Made by a program: the position numbers and the translations under genes. The notes under the pieces were generated by a model, which saw only the letters and a program-made list of their open reading frames with translations, made no database searches and was not told where the DNA came from. 64,000 bases of DNA from an uncultured Rivularia sp. (lineage in GTDB: Bacteria; Cyanobacteriota; Cyanobacteriia; Cyanobacteriales; Nostocaceae), in contig OY762007.1 of NCBI GenBank assembly GCA_963665115.1, positions 7,584,001 to 7,648,000 of the forward strand. The letters are read 5' to 3'. Below, piece by piece: positions 41,583-50,588 of this stretch; within the stretch, counting starts at the first letter, position 1, and the number at the start of each line of letters is the position of its first letter.

Positions 41583-42974
41583 ATGTCTTCAAGTCAGCAA
41601 CAAAAACCAAAAGCGATCGGCTTGTTTACTGCAACCTGTATTGTCGTAGCGAACATGATCGGTACGGGAGTATTCACTAGCTTAGGCTTTCAAGTAGTAG
41701 ATATCAAATCTGGTTTCACGCTGCTATTTTTATGGATGGTAGGTGGAATTTTCGCATTATGCGGTGCTTTAAGCTATGGCGAATTAGGGGCGGCAATGCC
41801 TTATTCTGGCGGTGAATACTATTATTTATCTCGAATATATCATCCAGTAGTAGGTTTTTTATCTGGATGGGTATCTGTAACTGTGGGTTTTGCTGCACCG
41901 ATAGCAGCCGCAGCTATGGCTTTAGGAGCATATTTTAAAGGTGTGTTTCCGTTAATTTCTTCAACAGCTATTGCTTTAGCTGTTGTTATCGGTGTTTCTT
42001 TGATTCATGGAACAAACAAAGCATTTGGTAGCAATTTTCAACAAATATTTACGATTCTGAAAGTTGTACTAATTGTAGTTTTAATTGTCTGCGGTTTCTG
42101 TTTGGCTGAACCTCAACAATTAGGATTTTTACCTTCTACAGAAGATGTTAATTTAATCTTCAGTTCTCCCTTTGCAATTTCGTTAGTTTATGTAACCTAT
42201 TCATATTCAGGTTGGAATGCAGCCGTTTATTTAGCTAGTGAAGTAGAAAAACCGGAAAAAAATCTACCTCGTTCTTTAATTGGTGGAACTTTGATTGTAA
42301 TGGGTTTGTATCTACTATTAAACTTTATATTTTTATATACTACGCCAATTAATGAATTAGCTAATAAAGAAGAAATTGGGATTATAGCTGCCAATAATAT
42401 CTTTGGTTCTTTCGGTGCAAAAATAATGGGTACCTTAATTTCATTTGGACTAATAAGTTCAATTAGTTCAATGGTTTTAGCTGGCCCCAGAGTTACTCAA
42501 GCAATTGGTGAAGATATCCCTTTATTTAAACTGCTGGCGAGAAAAAATACTAGTGGCATTCCATATCTTGCAATTCTGTTACAGCTATTCATTGTTACTG
42601 TTTTAATACTGACATCTAGTTTTAAAGCAGTACTCATTTATTTAGGATTTACCCTAACTTTATCTTCATTTATTACAGTTTTAGGGGTTTTTGTTTATCG
42701 CTTTCGATATCCCGAAGCACCTCGCCCTTATCAAACTTGGGGTTATCCTTTTACACCGCTGATCTTCTTAGGAATAAGTTCGTGGATGTTAGTTTATCTT
42801 TTGATGGATAAACCAGTGGAATCTTTAACAGGAATGGCAACGCTATTAATTGGTTTGATTGTTTATTTTGTTGCTTCAAAAAACAAATTGGGCTGGTCTT
42901 CGGTTGAGGAAGAAGCAAGCTATGTCTCTGCATCCAAAACCGACCAAAAACAAACCCGGTTCAATGATAAATAA
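41583..42974 (+). CDS. APC-superfamily amino acid permease (LAT/SteT-like)
   Basis: MIGTGVF, GALSYGELG, GGEY.Y, YSYSGWN, RPY..WGYP; about 12 TM segments. Confidence 0.9.
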   Translation: MSSSQQQKPKAIGLFTATCIVVANMIGTGVFTSLGFQVVDIKSGFTLLFLWMVGGIFALCGALSYGELGAAMPYSGGEYYYLSRIYHPVVGFLSGWVSVTVGFAAPIAAAAMALGAYFKGVFPLISSTAIALAVVIGVSLIHGTNKAFGSNFQQIFTILKVVLIVVLIVCGFCLAEPQQLGFLPSTEDVNLIFSSPFAISLVYVTYSYSGWNAAVYLASEVEKPEKNLPRSLIGGTLIVMGLYLLLNFIFLYTTPINELANKEEIGIIAANNIFGSFGAKIMGTLISFGLISSISSMVLAGPRVTQAIGEDIPLFKLLARKNTSGIPYLAILLQLFIVTVLILTSSFKAVLIYLGFTLTLSSFITVLGVFVYRFRYPEAPRPYQTWGYPFTPLIFLGISSWMLVYLLMDKPVESLTGMATLLIGLIVYFVASKNKLGWSSVEEEASYVSASKTDQKQTRFNDK

Positions 42975-43037
42975 TTATTATTTAGAATATTTTTCTAGGA
43001 ATCGGACTGAAAAAAATCAAATTATTACCCCACAATC

Positions 43038-44219
43038 ATGAAAAACAATAAATTATTTTCTGCTTTTTTTAGTGCTGGTATTGGTGCATTATTATTACTG
43101 CAAGGCTGTGGTAGCGACAATATTAATAGCAATATTACCAGTAACGCGATTAAAAAAGCTGAATCAACTAAACCTGTGGATCCTTTAGCGAAATTTGACA
43201 AAGCAAAATCTGCTAAATTAACCGATACAGCAAAATTGCTCGCGGGAATGGAAGTTGATAGTCAAAGTACTTTAGCTAAAGTACAGCAAGTTAAAGGTTG
43301 GAATTCCCATCAGAATTACTATAAAAATGCCTGGAGTAAATTAGAAAATCAGCAGTTAGCAAAGGTAAGAGAATGGAGAAACAAGGAATTACAAGCAATT
43401 AATGCGAAAACTCCAACAGTTTTCTATCCTTTCAGCGGACCAGATTTTCTTTACTCTTTCTCTTTATTTCCTCAAGCTAAAGAATTGATTTTAGTTGGCT
43501 TAGAGCCAGTAGGTAGCGTTCCAGATTTTGCTAAACTTTCTGCTAACGAAAGTAATAGAGCATTAAGTAAAGCCAGAAGTTCTTTATCAGAGATTTTACA
43601 ATTCAGCTTCTTTCGTACTAATGACATGAGAGTTGATTTGCAAAAGCAAGGAGTTTTACCAATTTTGTACGTGTTTATGGCACGCACTAATAATCGCATC
43701 CTCGATTTACAATATATTGGCTTGGATAAAAATGCTAAAGTCAAGCAATTTGAAAAAGGAATGGTTCCGGGAGTCAAAATTGCTTTTGTCCCCCAAGGAG
43801 AATCAGAACCTCGTACTTTGTATTATTTTTCTACAGATTTATCGAATTCAGGTTTAACAAAACATCCCGAATTAACGCAGTTTATAAGTCAACTCAACGA
43901 ACCCGTAACTTATCTAAAAGCTGCTTCTTACTTAATGTATAACAATAGCTTCTCGGGTATTAGAGATACAATTTTGGCAACCAGCAGTCACGTATTGCAA
44001 GATGATTCTGGAATGCCTTTAAAATCTTTTGATAATGCTAAATGGGATTTAGAATTCTACGGTAATTATACTCGTCCTATCGGTTTATTTAGCAATCGCT
44101 ATCAATCCGATTTGAAACGGGTTTATGCAAATAAGAATGATATTCAGCCTTTAGATTTTGGTATTGGCTATAAATTTAACGTGAATCAGTCAAATTTGAT
44201 GTTAGCTAAGACGAAATAA
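43038..44219 (+). CDS. Conserved hypothetical lipoprotein
   Basis: Signal peptide with LQGC lipobox; blocks YPFSGPDF, GLEP.G, SFFRT, KAASYL, QDDSG, FGIGY; 63 bp after the permease. Confidence 0.75.
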   Translation: MKNNKLFSAFFSAGIGALLLLQGCGSDNINSNITSNAIKKAESTKPVDPLAKFDKAKSAKLTDTAKLLAGMEVDSQSTLAKVQQVKGWNSHQNYYKNAWSKLENQQLAKVREWRNKELQAINAKTPTVFYPFSGPDFLYSFSLFPQAKELILVGLEPVGSVPDFAKLSANESNRALSKARSSLSEILQFSFFRTNDMRVDLQKQGVLPILYVFMARTNNRILDLQYIGLDKNAKVKQFEKGMVPGVKIAFVPQGESEPRTLYYFSTDLSNSGLTKHPELTQFISQLNEPVTYLKAASYLMYNNSFSGIRDTILATSSHVLQDDSGMPLKSFDNAKWDLEFYGNYTRPIGLFSNRYQSDLKRVYANKNDIQPLDFGIGYKFNVNQSNLMLAKTK

Positions 44220-44295
44220 TTAATATCAACCCTAATTGATGGAGACGTAGCACTGCTACGTCTCTACATTGGTTATTGGTTACGACAAAATATTA

Positions 44296-45390
44296 TTAAT
44301 AATCGATCGCCCAATATTTAAATGCTGGATGTTTTCCACCGATTGCCTCATTTACAATTCTTTCACAGATTTTCAACCCGTTTTGGCTGTTAGTTAAAAT
44401 TACGATTCCCGTTTTTAAATCTTTGGAAGCGACAATAAAACTTTTAAAAGTCACTAAATCACCCCAATGCCAAAAAAAGTTACCTTTATTTGTTTTTTCT
44501 AATCCCCAACCCAAACCCCAATCGAGAGAATAGCTCAATTTTATTTGGGGAGTTAGCATCTGCACTAAACTTGCTTCCGTCAAATAATTACTATCAACAG
44601 TTCCCGGATTCATCATCGCGATCGCAAATTTAGCGTATTCATCAGCAGTGGTACGTAAACTTCCGGCTGAGCTTGCAGCTTTCGGTTTACTCATTGCTCT
44701 GGGTTTAGCTTGACGATTATGTCCGTAACTGGCAATTCCTGCATATTCAGGTTGCCAAATTAAACTACTACTATTCATCCCCCAAGGCTTTAAAATTTGC
44801 TGTTGTAAATATGCTTCTAAAGGTTGTTGGGTAATTTTTTCAACTACGTTTTGTAAATATAAAAAACCCTCTCCAGAATAACCAAACTTTGTTCCCGGAT
44901 TATTCTTAAACCATACAGGTTTACTACCGCTCCAATTAGGAAAACCAGTAGTATGAGACAATACTCTACGAGCAGTTACTTTGTTAATTCTAAGATCGGA
45001 AATTAAAGGTTTATTCGTGTATTTTGTTAAAGGTGCATCTAAATCAATTTCTCCTCTTTCAGCCATTTTTAAGACTGCATAACCAAACAATGGTTTAGTC
45101 AAGGATGCAGCAGCAAAGATAGTTTCGTTATTAACCGATGTTTTTCTATATTTGTGTTTTATTCCAAAGCTTTTATTCCAAAATAATTCCCCATCCCGAA
45201 TCATTGCCACAGAAATTCCGGGAATTCCAGAATTTTGCATTAACTTGGGAATTTGCGCTTCTATATTACCAGTTACAGTTTCTGCTGCGGAAACAGAATC
45301 GGCGAGTAATTTAAGTAAGCTAACAGAAGAAAGACTGGCTATAGCGGTTGTACCTTGTTTGATAAACTTTCTGCGGGATATTTCGGACAT
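44296..45390 (-). CDS. Tat-exported serine hydrolase (AmpC/beta-lactamase class C-like)
   Basis: SRRKFIK twin-arginine signal, SLTK (SxxK), LSHTTG, YSG, HWG. Confidence 0.88.
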   Translation of the reverse strand: MSEISRRKFIKQGTTAIASLSSVSLLKLLADSVSAAETVTGNIEAQIPKLMQNSGIPGISVAMIRDGELFWNKSFGIKHKYRKTSVNNETIFAAASLTKPLFGYAVLKMAERGEIDLDAPLTKYTNKPLISDLRINKVTARRVLSHTTGFPNWSGSKPVWFKNNPGTKFGYSGEGFLYLQNVVEKITQQPLEAYLQQQILKPWGMNSSSLIWQPEYAGIASYGHNRQAKPRAMSKPKAASSAGSLRTTADEYAKFAIAMMNPGTVDSNYLTEASLVQMLTPQIKLSYSLDWGLGWGLEKTNKGNFFWHWGDLVTFKSFIVASKDLKTGIVILTNSQNGLKICERIVNEAIGGKHPAFKYWAIDY

Positions 45391-45510
45391 TGTAGAGATT
45401 TTTATAGTGCTATTTAATTAGAATTTAAATAAGATATAAAAGTTTCGATTATTTGTTTGTAGTAAGGGCTTTAGCCCTTTGATGAGAGGGTTAAAACCCT
45501 TACTACGAAC

Positions 45511-46911
45511 TTAAGATTTTTTCGGTAAATTACGCGGAGGTGTTTCCTCTCCTTGATACATCCGCTTTTCTAATCTCCCCAAACCAAACCATGCGCCGCC
45601 TAATAAAAGAAATGCCGCAGAAAACAATAAGGGTAAAATTACTGTATTAGATTGTAATAAATTTATTAAGGGTATCATTGCCCAAGTTGCCGCTGCGAGA
45701 AGTGCAATCGCCATTCTTAATTTCTGAATATTCGCGAGTGCTTTACTACAGCTTCCACAATGTTTGGTATGGGAATGATATCTATCTAAAAGTTCTTCGT
45801 TTGATAATCTTGGTGGTAAAGTTTCTCCCGGAAATGGATTTGCGTTATATTTATTCACCCATTCTCGCAATTTTGATACATAGGTGTCTGCTTTAGTGGG
45901 TAGATAAAATGCTTTATTAAAATTGGCACTTCCACCAGATTCTTCTAGGAAACGCTCTTGATAGTGGAGGAAAATTTGATCGTCTTCCAAAATCCGATTA
46001 TTACTGATGTGAGAATACCACCTTGGAGTTAGCTTAATAAAGAAAGCGGGTAGTTTTGCAGAGAATTTGAAGGGGAAAAGCGCAAATAAACGACATTCGC
46101 CTTTACGGATCGGTGTTGCGTAAACAACCGTCAAAGTTCTACCAAATTTCTTCGATGTTAAATCGTGACATACTAATCCCGGTGCGACAAAAGCTGTATC
46201 CTGTTTTCCTAAAGTACCTTTTCTTGGCCCATCTTGCCAAACTCCGGTAAAACCATTTTTACCAGATTCAACTACTTCTAATTCTACGGGTGAGACGCTA
46301 TCTCTATTACCGACGGTAGCGTGATGGGTAAAAGGAATATGACTGGAATCGATAACATTTTCTAACAAAGTTAAAGCATCATAAGGTAAATCTCGAAAGG
46401 TATTTAACACAACCCATTCATCAGGTGTTTCTTCAATAGCTTCAATAATCGGAACTTGAATATTTTCTGCATTTTCCGGGTTTCCGGGGAAGATAAATAA
46501 TAATCCTTGTTTTACGGTTATCGGAAAAGATTTAACACAGGCTCTTTGGGAAGTTTCAGCTTTTGTACCTTCGGGCTGCTGGGGAATGCGTTCGCAATTA
46601 CCATTACCAGAAAAAGCCCAACCATGATAGGGACATTCTAAAAGTCCATCTTCGGCAATTCTTCCTTCGGATAAAGGTACGAGACGATGAGGACATTTAT
46701 CTTCAAAAACTCGCCAGGAAGAAGTTTGTTTATCCCACCAAATTACAATGTCTTTATTAAGGATGGTAAAACGGGTAAGTTTGGATTTATCTAAGTCGTC
46801 AATATAATGAATGGGATACCAAGCTTCAAGTACATCAAATTGATTTGGATTTGTACCACCAGCGGGTAATTTATCGTTTTTATTGGAGGTTTTGGTGAGG
46901 GTTGATGTCAT
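45511..46911 (-). CDS. Rieske 2Fe-2S oxygenase, PaO/Tic55-like
   Basis: CPHR...CPYHGW, EN..D.SH...H, LEDD, HT.HC.SC and two C-terminal TM segments. Confidence 0.9.
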   Translation of the reverse strand: MTSTLTKTSNKNDKLPAGGTNPNQFDVLEAWYPIHYIDDLDKSKLTRFTILNKDIVIWWDKQTSSWRVFEDKCPHRLVPLSEGRIAEDGLLECPYHGWAFSGNGNCERIPQQPEGTKAETSQRACVKSFPITVKQGLLFIFPGNPENAENIQVPIIEAIEETPDEWVVLNTFRDLPYDALTLLENVIDSSHIPFTHHATVGNRDSVSPVELEVVESGKNGFTGVWQDGPRKGTLGKQDTAFVAPGLVCHDLTSKKFGRTLTVVYATPIRKGECRLFALFPFKFSAKLPAFFIKLTPRWYSHISNNRILEDDQIFLHYQERFLEESGGSANFNKAFYLPTKADTYVSKLREWVNKYNANPFPGETLPPRLSNEELLDRYHSHTKHCGSCSKALANIQKLRMAIALLAAATWAMIPLINLLQSNTVILPLLFSAAFLLLGGAWFGLGRLEKRMYQGEETPPRNLPKKS

Positions 46912-47044
46912 TTTTATTGGTAGCTTGGAATAATTAATATTTTATTATTAACCGCAGAGGGCACGAAGAGCGCAGAGGGAAGAGGTTTAGGAGAGGCTTT
47001 TTTCGCGCAGCGTAACGCACCATTGTCTTAATTCATAATTCATA

Positions 47045-47662
47045 TTAATCCAACCCATCCTGCACTATCCATACCAAAGTTCCTAATAATTGTTCTACTG
47101 GCAAAATTCTATATTCTGTAAAATCAATCGTGACAATATCTTCTTCTAATTTCAAAAAATTCCATATATTTCCATTAGTAACGCTTCCATAAATAATCGA
47201 TACAGATTCATCATTTTTCGCATTAAATTTCTGTGCAGCAACCATTTGAGCTATACACTGTCCTAAAGCATATTTGAAGTTTTCTTTTTTCGCTTCTATA
47301 ATTACAAATGCTGGTGCTTCAATAAATAACTGTTCGGGAGAAAGGCTAAGAATAAAATCGCAACAGCCCGTTAATCCTAAGTTTTTATCAACGTCGAAAT
47401 CTTCCCCCGAAAAAAAGCTGATTTCTTTATTCAAAATCTTTCTGACTTCAAATAAAATCGGACTAATAATAAGTTCCGAACGTGCTTTTCCCGAACCCAT
47501 CGCAATTGCTAAAGGAATACTTTCTTCTAAATATTCTGCTATGTAAGGATTTGGGGTAACAGGTTTAATTTCTGGAAGAAATTTTTCATCTCCAACTAAT
47601 GTTAAATCAAATTTTTGTGTTACTTCGGAAATAGTAAAATCTTTGTAGGGCATGAATTGCAA
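47045..47662 (-). CDS. Hypothetical PD-(D/E)XK nuclease-fold protein, paralog 1
   Basis: KARSELIISPIL, CDF, IIEAKK, GQCIA.MVAAQ.FN, YG.VT.G..W.F. Confidence 0.7.
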   Translation of the reverse strand: MQFMPYKDFTISEVTQKFDLTLVGDEKFLPEIKPVTPNPYIAEYLEESIPLAIAMGSGKARSELIISPILFEVRKILNKEISFFSGEDFDVDKNLGLTGCCDFILSLSPEQLFIEAPAFVIIEAKKENFKYALGQCIAQMVAAQKFNAKNDESVSIIYGSVTNGNIWNFLKLEEDIVTIDFTEYRILPVEQLLGTLVWIVQDGLD

Positions 47663-47712
47663 ATATAATTAATATAATAGATAGAAACTGATAGGAAAAA
47701 ACACAATTGACA

Positions 47713-48321
47713 TTAATTTAATCCATCTCGCACCATCCACACTAAAATTCCTAGCAACTTTTCCACTGGAGGAATCAAATATTCCATCAAATCAATTGTT
47801 ACGGTGGTATCTTCTAATTTCAAAAAACTCCATAAGTTTCCGCTAGTAACGCTTCCATATACAGTTGGTATCGACTTATTGTTTTCTATATTAAATTTCT
47901 GCGCTGCAACCATTTCAGCAATGCACTGTCCTAAACCACCTTTGAGATTTTCTTTTTTAGCTTCTATGATTACAATGGCTGGTGCTTCAATAAATAGTTG
48001 TTCTGGAGAACGACTTATCAAAAAATCACAAAATCCTGTTAGTCCGACGGTAGCATCAACGTTAAACTCTTCACCGGAAAAAAAGCTAATTTCTTCATTA
48101 AAAAGCTTTCTGACTTCAAATAAAATTGGACTAATAATTAGTTCCGAACGGGCTTTTTCTGAACCCATTGCAATTGCAAGAGGAATACTATCTTTTAAAT
48201 ACTCTAGTAAATAAGGATTTGGTGAAACAGGTTCAACTTCGGGAAGAAAACGTTTACCTTCTACCAATGTAAGATTGAACCTTTGCTTTACTTTTGAAAT
48301 ATTAAATTCTCTATAAGACAT
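47713..48321 (-). CDS. Hypothetical PD-(D/E)XK nuclease-fold protein, paralog 2
   Basis: Same motifs as 47045..47662; tandem duplicate. Confidence 0.7.
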   Translation of the reverse strand: MSYREFNISKVKQRFNLTLVEGKRFLPEVEPVSPNPYLLEYLKDSIPLAIAMGSEKARSELIISPILFEVRKLFNEEISFFSGEEFNVDATVGLTGFCDFLISRSPEQLFIEAPAIVIIEAKKENLKGGLGQCIAEMVAAQKFNIENNKSIPTVYGSVTSGNLWSFLKLEDTTVTIDLMEYLIPPVEKLLGILVWMVRDGLN

Positions 48322-48458
48322 AGACTATAAAATATATTTCTCTGCATGATTAATTGTTTCAATAAATGTAGAGACGTGATATTATGCCCTCCGGGCACGC
48401 TGAGCTAACGCGTCTCTACAGGTAAATTCGTGGGTAAATAAGGACGTTTGATATTATA

Positions 48459-50235
48459 TTACGATTTCTTCTTCCTCCCTCTCCCTTTCCCTTTCCCCTC
48501 TCGATGAGTCGCTGCTTTCGCTAACAAAGAATCTGCAAAAGCCACAGCATCGTTTGCTGATTTTCCACCAGCTAACTGCGCTAGTTCATCCCGTCGTTTA
48601 GTCAAGTTATCTAAAGCCGTAATCCTTACCACGGTACGTTCTTCGCCATGTCCGTTATTTTCTTTTTCACCTTTTAAATGATTAATAACTTGTTTATTAA
48701 CGTGGAAATGCCTGTCAGCCATTGCCGCTACTAATGGTTGGTGAGTAACGCATAATACCTGAAGCTGCAAACTTAATTGATGCAGTTTTTCGGCGATGGT
48801 TTGCGCGACTCTACCGGAAACACCAACATCGATTTCGTCAAAAACCATTGTTCCCGGACTATCTGAAGCTGAGAAAGTAGCTTTCAACGCGAGTAAAAAG
48901 CGGCTCATTTCACCACCAGAGGCAGTTTCCGACAAGGGTTGCAGCGGTTCACCTGGATTCGGGCTAAACAAAAAGCTGACTTTATCGCTGCCGTTTGCAG
49001 TGGGAGCAATGGGTGCTAACTCAACTTTAAATTGCACTTTGTCCATTGCTAAGGGTTTAAGTTGACTAATAATTTCTGCTTCCAATAAAGCTGCTATGGC
49101 GCTACGCAATTTAGTTAATTTGTTGCATTCACAAGTCAGTTTATCCAAACATTCTTGTTCTTGTTTTTCTAAACTTTCAATGGTTTTTTCACCATCGTTA
49201 AGTTCGTTTAATTGCGCTTGTATACCGTTATAATGTTCGATAACTTCAGCCAGCGACGGCCCCATATTTACGGCAAATGTGCTTTAATTCCCGAATTCTT
49301 TCTTCTACCTCATCCAATCTTTGGGGATCTGCCTCCAAAGCGTCTCCATAAGCATTAATTTGTCGCGCTACTTCCGTAACTCCTGCCACAGCATCTCTAA
49401 TTAATTCCAACAGTGGCTCAAGTTCCTCGGTGTCGAACTCTACCATATTCATTAAGGTACCTTCGCTGTTTCCCAGCAAGTCCGTAGCTGTGGAACCTCC
49501 GCCATCGCTTTGATATAAATCCTGGTAAACTTTGTAACTCATCTGTTGCAATTCAACAACATGATTGAGACGTTCTTGCTCTTGTAAAAGCTTGTCTAAT
49601 TCGTTGGGTTCGTCAAGATTTGCCTCTCCCAATTCTTTCGCTTGATAAGTCAGTAAATCGAGTTTTTGTAACCTTTCCCGTTCCGAAGTACGACGACGTT
49701 CTAACAACAAATGCGCTTCATGATAGCGACTGAAAGCAGCAGCCACAATAGAACGCTGCTTTGTTATCCCATCGCCACCGTAAGAATCCAACCAGTTGCG
49801 AACCTGTGTAGATTGTCCTACCAGTGCGTTTTGTCCTTGAGCGGTAATTTCCACCAAGCGTTCCCGCAAACTGTTCATTAACTGGCGATTTACCAAAACA
49901 CCATTCACCCGCGAACGACTGCGGACACTACTAGTATTTGCGGTAACTTCACGACTGATTACTACTGAATTTTCATCAAGTAAATCTATTTCCTGTTCGG
50001 TTAACCAAGCAGCCAAAGCAGAATTAGAACTAAAAGTACCTTCGATCGTGGCTCGTTTGCTGCCAGTGCGAATTACGCGACTAGAGACTTTTCCACCTAA
50101 AACAGCATCGATAGCATCAAGAATAATCGATTTACCAGCGCCGGTTTCACCCGTAAGTACATTTAACCCAGCACCGAATTCTAAATCTAATTTGTCAATT
50201 AAAGCAAAGTTCTCTATATAAAGGGAGAGCAACAT
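48459..50235 (-). CDS. recN: DNA repair protein RecN, apparent +1 frameshift at 49260-49263
   Basis: LTGETGAGKS Walker A, ASGGEMSR signature, FDEID, VTHQP. Removing one base gives RKYGPSL. Confidence 0.94.
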
Positions 50236-50314
50236 TCAGCCAAATTCTCCGTTAAGGCAGACGCGGGATAGTTCTACAGTTTGAGATACTAGGAATTGAA
50301 AGCAATGTAATCCC

Positions 50315-50328
50315 CGAACAAGTGTACC
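50315..50328 (-). promoter_or_regulatory. Cyanobacterial LexA box upstream of recN
   Basis: Minus strand GGTAC-ACT-TGTTCG matches RGTACNNNDGTWCB exactly, 80 bp upstream of the recN start. Confidence 0.75.
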
Positions 50329-50588
50329 AAACTTAGTTTAAAAGGTTAGAGGTCTGCATGTCAAAGGTTAAAGGTAATAACTCACGTTCAATGTGAATCA
50401 AGTGCCCAAACCACTATTATCACATTGATAATTTCAAAATTGAGATTTAAGTAGGCTTCAAAACCGTTATAGAAAAAGAGGCATTTTTATTCACATCACT
50501 CCTCACTCCTAACCTTTGACCTGATGGGTTACACTTATGAAAGCGATTGTTACAATACTTAACTTTTGAACTGCCGTGCCGTAAATTC

